A DNA stretch of 64,000 nucleotides from an uncultured virus (IMG/VR IMGVR_UViG_3300022602_000071) (lineage: Duplodnaviria > Heunggongvirae > Uroviricota > Caudoviricetes): IMG/VR virus record IMGVR_UViG_3300022602_000071, one strand, 5' to 3'. The notes beneath the pieces are model-generated. The model was not told the DNA's origin, searched no databases, and saw only the letters and a program-made list of their open reading frames with translations. A program made the translations under genes and the position numbers. Positions 51,080 through 59,893 of the stretch are shown here, piece by piece. How positions within the stretch are numbered: the stretch's first letter is position 1; each line of letters starts with the position of its first letter.

Positions 51080-52305
51080 TGAATTTTGATGAAATTTATA
51101 AAAAAATACGCGAAATTGACGAGAATCTAGTACCAGTTCCAAATCCAGGTACTCCTCCTGTTGCTCCAGTCCATACAGATAAGCCAGCTAGCGAAGAAGG
51201 TATTGAAATCATTGGACCTATGGGAGGCATGCACCAGGAACAACCTAAACAACAAGACAATGTAACAATGAGTGTCAGTATGAACGGTAGTGGTCCAGGC
51301 GGTATTCGTGATTTAATGAGTGTACTTAAAACTATAGAACAAGGTGGCCTTGATGACCACGAACCTACACATCACGACGATCCTGTACATCACGGCGGTG
51401 ATGAAGAACCTTTGATCGGTGACATGATGCAGGCTATGTCGCATCATGAAGAGGATGAAGATTTAAGCCCGTTATCGCAAGCACCTGAAGAAGAAATGGA
51501 AGAAGGCGGCAACGATGAGACTTGGGCCAATAGTGCTCACGGAGATGTTGGTGCACACCATGCTGGTATTGGCCATACTGAACCTAATACATTCAGCGGC
51601 GATGACATGAATAGTAAAGCCAAAACTAGTCCACTTGCTCGTGCACCTGGAACGAATAGTTTAATTCGTCATCATTATCATGTAAATGAAGACTTGATAG
51701 AAAAATTACAATCTCTATATAATACTATAAAAGAAGAGCGCACAGAAGAAAAAGATGAAAAAGGCAATGTAGTTCGTTGGAAAGAAGAAGGCGAATGGGT
51801 TAAGTCTAAAGGCAAAGAGGGCCGTGGCAAAGTAACTAACCTAAGCGATAAGGCTCGCCGCGAAATGGAAAAGATGTCTAAAAAAGATGTAAAAGAAAAT
51901 GCTAAATGGCGTGATCCTAAATACAAAGGCCAATTGTTTACTCAAAAGAAAGGCGACAGTGATGATTACGATAGCATAGATTACGGATACGGTATAAAAG
52001 AAAGACCTAAAAAAGATCCAGGTCAAAAACGATCTACATTTGACAGAGATACTGTATGGACGGATCCATTAGATACTAGAAGTAATTTACCTAAGCATCA
52101 CAATGATCCTGAGAACTGGGGGTATGGTAGTATCTCTAGTAAAGGCGACTCAAAAGGAAAACTTACGGCTGATAGAAGAAAGCGTATGAAAAATGATATT
52201 CGAGGAAGTTTAGGACAACACCATACTCCAACCTTACCAGAACAAATGAATGAAAGTAAAGAATTAAATGCTATGCTAGCATTAAACAAAAGATTAAACG
52301 GTTAA
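51079..52305 (+). CDS. Highly charged low-complexity protein, probable internal head protein
   Basis: D/E/H-rich half then K/R-rich half; C-terminal NESKELNAML motif. Confidence 0.55.
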   Translation: MNFDEIYKKIREIDENLVPVPNPGTPPVAPVHTDKPASEEGIEIIGPMGGMHQEQPKQQDNVTMSVSMNGSGPGGIRDLMSVLKTIEQGGLDDHEPTHHDDPVHHGGDEEPLIGDMMQAMSHHEEDEDLSPLSQAPEEEMEEGGNDETWANSAHGDVGAHHAGIGHTEPNTFSGDDMNSKAKTSPLARAPGTNSLIRHHYHVNEDLIEKLQSLYNTIKEERTEEKDEKGNVVRWKEEGEWVKSKGKEGRGKVTNLSDKARREMEKMSKKDVKENAKWRDPKYKGQLFTQKKGDSDDYDSIDYGYGIKERPKKDPGQKRSTFDRDTVWTDPLDTRSNLPKHHNDPENWGYGSISSKGDSKGKLTADRRKRMKNDIRGSLGQHHTPTLPEQMNESKELNAMLALNKRLNG

Positions 52306-52340
52306 GTTTCGTCGCAGTTAGCACCCTGTCCAAGGTGCCA

Positions 52341-52367
52341 AATAGACCCCCCGGGGTCTATTTTTTT
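52341..52367 (+). terminator. Intrinsic terminator
   Basis: AATAGACCCC-cc-GGGGTCTATT followed by a T-run. Confidence 0.85.
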
Positions 52368-52370
52368 GAT

Positions 52371-52376
52371 TAAATA
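52371..52376 (+). promoter_or_regulatory. Late promoter 5 nt before the terminase ATG
   Basis: TAAATA-aacat-ATG, no SD. Confidence 0.65.
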
Positions 52377-52381
52377 AACAT

Positions 52382-53983
52382 ATGGCAAAAAGTCTCGACG
52401 GGGTCTTAACAAAAAAGGCTCACACTAAAGAAAAGTTTACGGAAGAACAAGTCGAACACTTGATGAAGTGTGCCGACCCTCAGACTGGCTATTTACATTT
52501 TGCCAAAAACTTTTTTCATATTCAGCATCCGGTAAAAGGCAAGGTAAAATTTGAACCTTTTGAATACCAAGAGAGGTTGCTTGCCGCTTATCACGATTAC
52601 AGATTTAACATCAACATGCTACCGCGTCAAAGTGGTAAGACCACTTGTGCGTCAAGTTATCTATTATGGTACGCCATGTTTCACCCGGATCAAACTATTC
52701 TAGTGGCCGCCCACAAGTACACAGGCAGTCAGGAAATTATGCAACGTATTCGCTACGGATACGAACTGTGTGAAGACTATGTTCGCGCAGGTGTGGTCAA
52801 TTATAACAAAGGGAGTATTGAATTTGAAAACGGATCTAGAATTGTTTCAGCTACTACTACTGGTAATACCGGTCGTGGTATGTCCATATCCTTACTTTAT
52901 TGCGATGAGTTTGCGTTTGTTCAACCCAATATTGCAACTGAATTTTGGACCTCAATTTCACCAACCCTGGCAACGGGTGGACGAGCAATCATTACGTCAA
53001 CTCCAAATAGCGATGAAGACGAATTCGCAATAATCTGGAAAGAAAGTCAAGATAAATTCGACGAATACGGAGATGAAAAAGCAGACGGAACTGGACTAAA
53101 CGGATTTCATGGATTCCGTGCTGAATGGCATGAACATCCAGATCGCGATGAAGAATGGAAGCGTGTCGAAATGGGTCGTATCGGAGAAGAACGATTCCGT
53201 CGTGAATATGGATGCGAATTCTTAGTTTATGATGAAACATTAATTAACAGTCTTAAACTCATCGACATGTTAGGACGCGAGCCTGCATGGAAAATGGGTC
53301 AAGTTCGATGGTGGAAAAAACCCGAACCTGGCAATGTTTATTTAATTGCACTTGATCCTAGTTTAGGAACGGGCGGAGACTATGGTGCTATAGAAGTGTT
53401 TGAAATGCCCAGCATGACGCAAGTAGCTGAATGGCAACACAATACAACCCCAATACAACAACAAGTTAAAATTTTTCGAGATATACTAAAATATCTCTCA
53501 GATGAGCTAGGAGCAGAAAATTATAATCAAATTTACTGGAGTGTAGAAAATAACACAGTAGGCGAAAGTGCTTTAGTAGTAATTGACAATTTAGGAGAAG
53601 AAACTTTTCCAGGTGTGTTTCTAAGCGAGCCTGCTAGAAAAGGTCATGTAAAAAAGTTTCGAAAAGGTTTTAATACTACACATGGAACTAAAATTAGTAC
53701 TTGTGCTAAAGTAAAATTTCTTATAGAAGAAGATAAAATGAAATTGTATAGTCGTCCTCTTATCAGTGAATTAAAAACTTACATTGCTAAAGGAACTAGT
53801 TTTAGTGCCAAAGAAGGACAACACGATGATCTTGTAGCAGCCTTGTTACTTGTAGTACGCATTAGCCAGGTACTAGCCGAATGGGATCCTGCGGTATTTG
53901 AACATCTAAAAGTTACTAGCGATTGGGCTGTAGATGAAGAATTTGAACCACCGTTGCCTATTTACATATCCAGAGGATTTTAA
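52382..53983 (+). CDS. gp17: Terminase large subunit
   Basis: PRQSGKTT Walker A; LLYCDEFAF Walker B; STPN; DPS.G.G.D; HDDLV. Confidence 0.97.
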   Translation: MAKSLDGVLTKKAHTKEKFTEEQVEHLMKCADPQTGYLHFAKNFFHIQHPVKGKVKFEPFEYQERLLAAYHDYRFNINMLPRQSGKTTCASSYLLWYAMFHPDQTILVAAHKYTGSQEIMQRIRYGYELCEDYVRAGVVNYNKGSIEFENGSRIVSATTTGNTGRGMSISLLYCDEFAFVQPNIATEFWTSISPTLATGGRAIITSTPNSDEDEFAIIWKESQDKFDEYGDEKADGTGLNGFHGFRAEWHEHPDRDEEWKRVEMGRIGEERFRREYGCEFLVYDETLINSLKLIDMLGREPAWKMGQVRWWKKPEPGNVYLIALDPSLGTGGDYGAIEVFEMPSMTQVAEWQHNTTPIQQQVKIFRDILKYLSDELGAENYNQIYWSVENNTVGESALVVIDNLGEETFPGVFLSEPARKGHVKKFRKGFNTTHGTKISTCAKVKFLIEEDKMKLYSRPLISELKTYIAKGTSFSAKEGQHDDLVAALLLVVRISQVLAEWDPAVFEHLKVTSDWAVDEEFEPPLPIYISRGF

Positions 53984-53989
53984 TAAATA
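53984..53989 (+). promoter_or_regulatory. Late promoter 4 nt before ATG 53994
   Basis: TAAATA-tact-ATG immediately after the terminase stop. Confidence 0.6.
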
Positions 53990-53993
53990 TACT

Positions 53994-56060
53994 ATGAACA
54001 CGAATTTAGACAAAATTGCACTGGATCTCTACGGCAAAATACAAACCCGTTTTACTAATATTAAAATGGGGGACGAGCATGCCGCAGTTTTAAGTAAAAA
54101 AGAAGATATACCCAAAGCACGATTTTTTGAATTTCAATACAAAGAAAATGGTGTAAGTTTAGGTACGATAGCCATAACTTTAGACGAAGATGACGGTGTT
54201 GTGGTGCAGATAAGCGGCGATTTGGCTAGGGATAAACACCACGGCGCATTTAAGTTTATTCGTAGTTTTAGACAATTTGCCAAAGACCGTTTATTAAATT
54301 TTGATGTACAAAATATTGGTAAAAGTGAATTAGATAAAAGAGATTACGAATTTCAATCAAAAAGTAAGGAAGAACCAGAAATGCCACAGCCTACGCAACA
54401 GCCTACTCAACAGCCTAAACCCAAGATGGCTCCAAAATCCAGTATGATGGAAAATAAAATGTACGGCACATCTAAAATGAGTTATCAGGATTTAGGCGAA
54501 GCTACTTTAATAGTCAAGCACAGCCAGCCAATTAATCCAGATATTGCTGCAGGTCGTACCATGCATATTGAAGGTATATGGGTAGAAAATGCAGATGGTG
54601 AGCGTTTTAAATATCCTTACAAGCATTTGAACGGTGCTAGAGCTTTAGCAGAACATTTAAAAGCCGGTGGAAATCCTTATGACGATATCGGTCGTCATAT
54701 TACTAGTCTCAGCGAAGAATTAGCACAGCTGCGCAAATTCAAAGGATATGTTAGTCGCAATGAAGCATTGTCAGAAGCAATGGAAGATATAACACCAAAA
54801 GTTTTTGAGCGCATAGAAGAAGTAAAAAAAGAAATACATAATTTACAAAGACCGACTTATTATAAAGCATTTGCAGAATCATTTGAATCTAATGAGGAAC
54901 AAATGATCCCAGAAGAAGTTATGAGTGATTGGATTGATCGCCTGACCGTACGAACTTTTAACGAAGAATTAAAAACAGCATTTCCTTACATTTTCCGTTT
55001 AGTAGACGAAAGTGAAATCCCCACTAAAGAAATTAATCCAGATGATTTATTAGATGAAGCAGGAAGTCCTGCTCAACAAGCGGCTATTGCCATAAACATG
55101 AAAAAGTATGGCAAGAAACCAAAAAACATGAAAGAATCTCCAGAAGATCAATTTGAAAATTTTATCAACAAAATAGTCGAAGACGAAGAAATGCAAAATG
55201 GTGAGAACACACTATTCAGTCCTAATAAGTCAACACAACAAAGTGCTATTGACAAATTTAATGAAATTATGAAGACTGAATTAAAAGGTGGTCCAGAAGG
55301 CATTAACATTATTGATAGTTTAAAAGGGCTAATCGACGATCCAGAGTTTTTAGATAAACTAAAAACTATAGATCCAGAATTAGATGCTCGTGGTGCAATT
55401 CAACAAGAATTAAATTCTATGGCTGAAACAGATATAGATGTTGCAAGAATTCTTCCTCAACTAGATTTTAAAGGAGACGAACAAATAGGTGGAGAAGAAT
55501 TGCCTCCGGCACCAGAAGCTACACCTACTCCTCCTCCTCCGGCACCACCAGCACCTCCAGCACCAGATGCAACAGGAGCACCACCAGCACCAGCAGCCCC
55601 TCCGCTAGCAGCACCAGCACCGGCAGCGCCACCGGTAGCAGAAAGTAAAGCAAAAGCTGGAATGATTAAAGCAATACACAATGCTAAAAAAGCTGGTGCA
55701 AAATTAGATACGAAAATTGATTTTGGCCACAAAGAAATGACTTTGCATGATTGCATTGAAGAGTGCGGTATGGATCCAAAAGATTTTGGTTTTGACAGCC
55801 ATTCTGAAGAAAACGGAGTTCAACAAATACTTAAAAGCATTGCAGGATTTTGGAATAAAGAAGCTAAAAACTTCACTATAGGTGGAACTCGTGCTAAAAT
55901 TAGTGTGATAAAAGATTTCAAGAACGGAGATTTTGGCAATGCTACAGAAGAAGATCTTAAGCATGTAATACAACTTATAGATCGTGCTGATCCAAGTGAA
56001 CAATACAATGAATCTGATGAATTATCAAGTATACTTAAAATAGCGGGAGTTAAAAAATGA
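53994..56060 (+). CDS. Large acidic hypothetical protein with a Pro/Ala linker, probably head-associated (start probably 53994 rather than 53934)
   Basis: The later start avoids overlap with the terminase; C-terminal NESDELSSILKIAG motif. Confidence 0.65.
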   Translation: MNTNLDKIALDLYGKIQTRFTNIKMGDEHAAVLSKKEDIPKARFFEFQYKENGVSLGTIAITLDEDDGVVVQISGDLARDKHHGAFKFIRSFRQFAKDRLLNFDVQNIGKSELDKRDYEFQSKSKEEPEMPQPTQQPTQQPKPKMAPKSSMMENKMYGTSKMSYQDLGEATLIVKHSQPINPDIAAGRTMHIEGIWVENADGERFKYPYKHLNGARALAEHLKAGGNPYDDIGRHITSLSEELAQLRKFKGYVSRNEALSEAMEDITPKVFERIEEVKKEIHNLQRPTYYKAFAESFESNEEQMIPEEVMSDWIDRLTVRTFNEELKTAFPYIFRLVDESEIPTKEINPDDLLDEAGSPAQQAAIAINMKKYGKKPKNMKESPEDQFENFINKIVEDEEMQNGENTLFSPNKSTQQSAIDKFNEIMKTELKGGPEGINIIDSLKGLIDDPEFLDKLKTIDPELDARGAIQQELNSMAETDIDVARILPQLDFKGDEQIGGEELPPAPEATPTPPPPAPPAPPAPDATGAPPAPAAPPLAAPAPAAPPVAESKAKAGMIKAIHNAKKAGAKLDTKIDFGHKEMTLHDCIEECGMDPKDFGFDSHSEENGVQQILKSIAGFWNKEAKNFTIGGTRAKISVIKDFKNGDFGNATEEDLKHVIQLIDRADPSEQYNESDELSSILKIAGVKK

Positions 56061-56866
56061 AACGTATAGATGAAAACCAATTAGCGGCTCGTGTTGCCGG
56101 ACTAAGAGAAAAGATAGCCGAAATTGAAAGCCAACAAAACGAAGGCGTGTGGGACGCTATCAAAGGTGCTGGCCAAAAAGTTGCCGGATGGATGGGTCAA
56201 CATCCGATGGCAACAGCTGGAGGTGCAGCAGCCGCAGGCGCAGCAGGAACAGCAGCGGCTATGGGTGCTGGAGGTAAACCAGCACCTACAGCTCCAAAGT
56301 CAGATCCGGCTGTTATGAAACAACAACAAGATTTAATTGCAAAAGGTGCAAAAATTAAAGCTGATGGTATTATGGGACCGGCTACACAAGCAGCTATTAA
56401 ACAATTTGGCGGCGCAGGACCGGCACCTACTGGCACAACTGCACCAGCGGCAACACCCGCACCGTCTGCACCTGCAGGAGATGCTGCGAAAAATCCAGTT
56501 GGCACTACAAATGCTTCAACCGCAATTCCGACAGGTGGTTTAGAAAATCCAGCTAATCAAGCAAAACCTACCCCTGCACCTGCGGCGGCACCTGCTGGCG
56601 CACCTGCAAATGTTACAGCACAAGGTTCTGAATTTGGAACAGATGCTACATTTGCCAAACCAGATGCTGCACCTGCAGCTGCACCAGCAAAAAGCGAAGC
56701 TGAAAAAGCTGACGATGCACAATATGCGGCAGCCGACGCTCAAAATCAAGCGAATGCGGTAAAAGCAACCCAAGAAATGCCAGCCGGGCCAGCAGCAATG
56801 GGCGAAAGTACTAGCTTCCGTAATGACGAATTGACTAGAATTGTTAATTTGGTACACTATCGTTGA
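56057..56866 (+). CDS. Ala/Pro-rich protein with a peptidoglycan-binding (PG_binding_1-like) domain
   Basis: V...QQ.L...G..I.ADGIMGPATQAAIKQF. Confidence 0.7.
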   Translation: MKRIDENQLAARVAGLREKIAEIESQQNEGVWDAIKGAGQKVAGWMGQHPMATAGGAAAAGAAGTAAAMGAGGKPAPTAPKSDPAVMKQQQDLIAKGAKIKADGIMGPATQAAIKQFGGAGPAPTGTTAPAATPAPSAPAGDAAKNPVGTTNASTAIPTGGLENPANQAKPTPAPAAAPAGAPANVTAQGSEFGTDATFAKPDAAPAAAPAKSEAEKADDAQYAAADAQNQANAVKATQEMPAGPAAMGESTSFRNDELTRIVNLVHYR

Positions 56867-56902
56867 TTGAGTAAACAACTCACATTTCCAGCAAGATTTC
56901 TC

Positions 56903-56931
56903 TTGCAAACATAAATAAAAGTGCGTATAAT
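56903..56931 (+). promoter_or_regulatory. Sigma70-type promoter TTGCAA-17-TATAAT with a late ATAAATA (56911-56917) in the spacer
   Basis: Read directly from the sequence upstream of gp32. Confidence 0.7.
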
Positions 56932-57010
56932 AACTTATATGCACTTTTTGTTTTAGTAGGTACTAAAACATACAGGCAAAAAAACTAAGGCTATTAATAG
57001 GAGAACAATT

Positions 57011-57988
57011 ATGGCAACATTAGCTGAAATACGGGCAAAACTAAAAGCATCTGAACAAAAAGGTTCAGGAGAAAGAACAGGCGGAGATAAATCAATTTAT
57101 CCGTTCTGGAACTTAAAAGAAGGCGGAGAATCTACACTTAGATTTTTACCAGATGGTAACTCCGACAACACCTTTTTCTGGGTTGAGAGAGCAATGATCA
57201 AATTGCCTTTCTCAGGCATTAAAGGTGAATCCGAAAGCAAAAACATCACAGTACAAGTACCATGCGTTGAAATGTATGGTGACACTTGCCCAATTTTATC
57301 AGAAGTGCGTGGTTGGTTTAAAGACCCTGCGTTGGAAGATATGGGTCGTAAGTACTGGAAAAAGCGTTCTTACATTTTCCAAGGTTTCGTTGTAGAAGAC
57401 GGACTGGGTGAAAAGAGTGAAGAGCAACCAGAAAATCCAATTCGCCGTTTCATTATTGGACCTCAAATCTTTACATCAATTCGTGCGGCATTAGTCGATC
57501 CAGAATTGGAAGATTTGCCAACTGACTATGTGCATGGTTTAGACTATCGCATGAAGAAAGGTAGCAAGGGCGGTTATGCTGACTACTCAACATCTAGTTG
57601 GGCACGACGCGAGCGTCCACTAAGCGATGCTGAAAATGCGGCTATTCAACAATATGGCTTGTTTAATTTAACTGATTTCTTACCTAAGAAGCCAGGCGAA
57701 GTTGAATTGAAAGTTATGAAAGAAATGTTTGAAGCAAGTGTTGATGGAGAACCGTATGACATGGATCGTTGGGGACAATATTTCAAACCAGCAGGTATGA
57801 GTCAAAATACTGGCGATCCTAACAAAGCAACTCCTAAAGCATCTGCTACAGTAGATGACATCGACGAAGATGAAGCACCAGCACCAGTAGCTAAGTCTGC
57901 TCCAGCACCAAAAGCTGAAGCAAGCGCCGGTGGCGATAGTCGTGCCCAAGATATCTTGGCAATGATTCGTAATCGTCAAAAAGCATAA
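57011..57988 (+). CDS. gp32: Single-stranded DNA-binding protein (gp32-like)
   Basis: LRFLPD; C..CP; YWKKRSY; GGYADYSTS; acidic C-terminal region; precedes uvsX. Confidence 0.88.
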   Translation: MATLAEIRAKLKASEQKGSGERTGGDKSIYPFWNLKEGGESTLRFLPDGNSDNTFFWVERAMIKLPFSGIKGESESKNITVQVPCVEMYGDTCPILSEVRGWFKDPALEDMGRKYWKKRSYIFQGFVVEDGLGEKSEEQPENPIRRFIIGPQIFTSIRAALVDPELEDLPTDYVHGLDYRMKKGSKGGYADYSTSSWARRERPLSDAENAAIQQYGLFNLTDFLPKKPGEVELKVMKEMFEASVDGEPYDMDRWGQYFKPAGMSQNTGDPNKATPKASATVDDIDEDEAPAPVAKSAPAPKAEASAGGDSRAQDILAMIRNRQKA

Positions 57989-57995
57989 AGCACAC

Positions 57996-58040
57996 GGCTC
58001 GGGCCACTGCAACTTAGTTGTACGCCCGGGTTATCTTTTT
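57996..58040 (+). terminator. Long stem-loop with a short U-tract between gp32 and uvsX
   Basis: GGCTCGGGC..TGCAAC-tta-GTTGTA..GCCCGGGTT then ATCTTTTT. Confidence 0.55.
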
Positions 58041-58054
58041 AGGAGAATTAATTT

Positions 58055-59110
58055 ATGGCCACAAAAGCCTTCGATCTATCGAAATTTAGAAAGACCTTGA
58101 CTAAGAGTATTGACGGTCTAGGTATTGGGTTTAACGACCCAACTGATTGGGTAAGCACAGGTAACTTTGCTTTGAACTATCTAATCAGTGGTGACTTTAA
58201 CAAAGGTATTCCTTTGGGCAAGGTTACAGTATTTGCTGGCGAGTCGGGCGCTGGTAAGTCATATATTTGTTCTGGTAACATTGTTAAGAACGCACAAGAG
58301 CAAGGCATTTATGTTATTCTTGTAGACAGTGAAAATGCATTAGATGAAAAATGGTTACATGCATTAGGTGTAGATACTAGTGAAGAAAAACTTCTCAAGT
58401 TGAACATGGCTATGATTGATGATGTGGCGAAAACAATCCACGAATTCATGACAGAATACAAAGCCATGGAACAACGCCCTAAGGTATTGTTTGTTATAGA
58501 CAGTTTGGGTATGTTGCTTACCCCTACTGATATTAATCAATTTGAAGCAGGCGACCTTAAAGGTGATATGGGTAGAAAGCCTAAAGCACTTACAGCGTTG
58601 GTTCGTAATTGTGTTAATATGTTTGGTAATTACAATGTAGGTATGGTTTGTACAAATCACACATACGCAAGCCAAGACATGTTCGATCCAGACGACAAGA
58701 TTTCAGGCGGACAAGGATTTGTTTACGCAAGTTCTATTGTAGTTGCTATGAAGAAATTGAAGTTGAAAGAAGACGAAGACGGTAACAAGGTTTCAGAAGT
58801 CAACGGTATTCGTGCCGCCTGTAAGATTATGAAAACTCGTTACGCAAAACCTTTTGAGACATTACAAATTAAGATTCCATACGAAACAGGTATGAATCCT
58901 TATAGTGGGCTAGTTGACTTGTGCGAAAAAGCCGGCCTGCTAAAACAAGAAGGCAACAGACTAAAGTGGGTTGATCCCGAGACAGGCGAGGAATTCAAAT
59001 TCTACCGAAAAGAATGGAAAGATGATAAATTAGATATGTTAATGAGTAAATTTCATATCAAACCGTTAACAACAACCATTCCAGAGGAGATAGAAGAGAA
59101 TGTTGAATGA
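58055..59110 (+). CDS. uvsX: RecA-like recombinase UvsX
   Basis: AGESGAGKS Walker A; DSENALD; VIDSLG; NHTY; SGG.G. Confidence 0.95.
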   Translation: MATKAFDLSKFRKTLTKSIDGLGIGFNDPTDWVSTGNFALNYLISGDFNKGIPLGKVTVFAGESGAGKSYICSGNIVKNAQEQGIYVILVDSENALDEKWLHALGVDTSEEKLLKLNMAMIDDVAKTIHEFMTEYKAMEQRPKVLFVIDSLGMLLTPTDINQFEAGDLKGDMGRKPKALTALVRNCVNMFGNYNVGMVCTNHTYASQDMFDPDDKISGGQGFVYASSIVVAMKKLKLKEDEDGNKVSEVNGIRAACKIMKTRYAKPFETLQIKIPYETGMNPYSGLVDLCEKAGLLKQEGNRLKWVDPETGEEFKFYRKEWKDDKLDMLMSKFHIKPLTTTIPEEIEENVE

Positions 59111-59339
59111 AACGCAAGTAGGCGATATTTGGTTAAATTTTGTCGAGTACATCGATAAGAAACAATTGGAAACTGTAGCAGAACGCTATGTTGATCTATT
59201 AGCAGATTTTGGAATATCCGATAAAGTATTCAAAGAAGCCTTAGGTGTAGATGAAACACTGGATCAAGCCATTGGGTATTATCTTAATGATGATGAAGAT
59301 ATCGAAGACGATGAAGATTACGGCGAGTTGGAGTTTTAA
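59100..59339 (+). CDS. Small acidic hypothetical protein
   Basis: Tiles between uvsX and uvsY. Confidence 0.65.
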   Translation: MLNETQVGDIWLNFVEYIDKKQLETVAERYVDLLADFGISDKVFKEALGVDETLDQAIGYYLNDDEDIEDDEDYGELEF

Positions 59340-59794
59340 TGGGTTGGTATTCTAAGGTTGCTAAAGATATAAGTAACATTCCTGATGCGGCTGATTTTTT
59401 TAATACAGAACTAATTGAAGCCAAAAAAGAATGTGTTATTGCAGGCAATGTTGAACGAGTTGCAGCAGCAATGCCTGGAGTCGTTGAACATCGATTCTCA
59501 CAGTTACAAGAAATTGAAGCAATTTTAGAATATCTTAATATTGAACTTCGAAGATTAAAAAGTCAACATTTTCGAAAATATCTTGAAAATTATCAACGTG
59601 CATTAAGTAGCAAAGATTGTGAACGATATGTTGAAGGTGAAGCAGATGTAGTCGACTTTGAAAAGATTATTAATGAATTTGCTTTGATCAGAAACAAATG
59701 GTTAGGTATTACTAAGGCACTAGATCAGAAACAATGGCAAATTACTAACATTGTAAAATTAAGAGTTGCCGGTATGGAAGATGCAAGCGTGTAA
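59339..59794 (+). CDS. uvsY: Recombination mediator UvsY-like
   Basis: Helical; YV.GE.DV; K.WQI.NIVKLR C-terminus; position. Confidence 0.75.
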   Translation: MGWYSKVAKDISNIPDAADFFNTELIEAKKECVIAGNVERVAAAMPGVVEHRFSQLQEIEAILEYLNIELRRLKSQHFRKYLENYQRALSSKDCERYVEGEADVVDFEKIINEFALIRNKWLGITKALDQKQWQITNIVKLRVAGMEDASV

Positions 59795-59817
59795 TCAATT
59801 CGCCCAAAAGCAAGATC

Positions 59818-59850
59818 ATAGGCCTTAAATAATATAGGGCCTATTTTTTT
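59818..59850 (+). terminator. Intrinsic terminator
   Basis: ATAGGCC...GGCCTAT followed by a T-run. Confidence 0.7.
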
Positions 59851-59858
59851 CTAAGAGG

Positions 59859-59887
59859 TTGCTTTTTATTATCAGTTAATATATACT
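59859..59887 (+). promoter_or_regulatory. Sigma70-type promoter TTGCTT-17-TATACT, 6 nt before the ATG
   Basis: 17-bp spacer; no room for an SD. Confidence 0.6.
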
Positions 59888-59893
59888 TACATT

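Noticed and set aside
53934..53993. ORF-track start overlapping the terminase gene
   Set aside because: ATG 53994 follows the terminase stop and a late promoter and is the better start; similarly 28523 and 29448 are preferred over 28544 and 29460
55500..55640. CCAGCA-type short repeats
   Set aside because: They encode a Pro/Ala linker; imperfect and protein-driven
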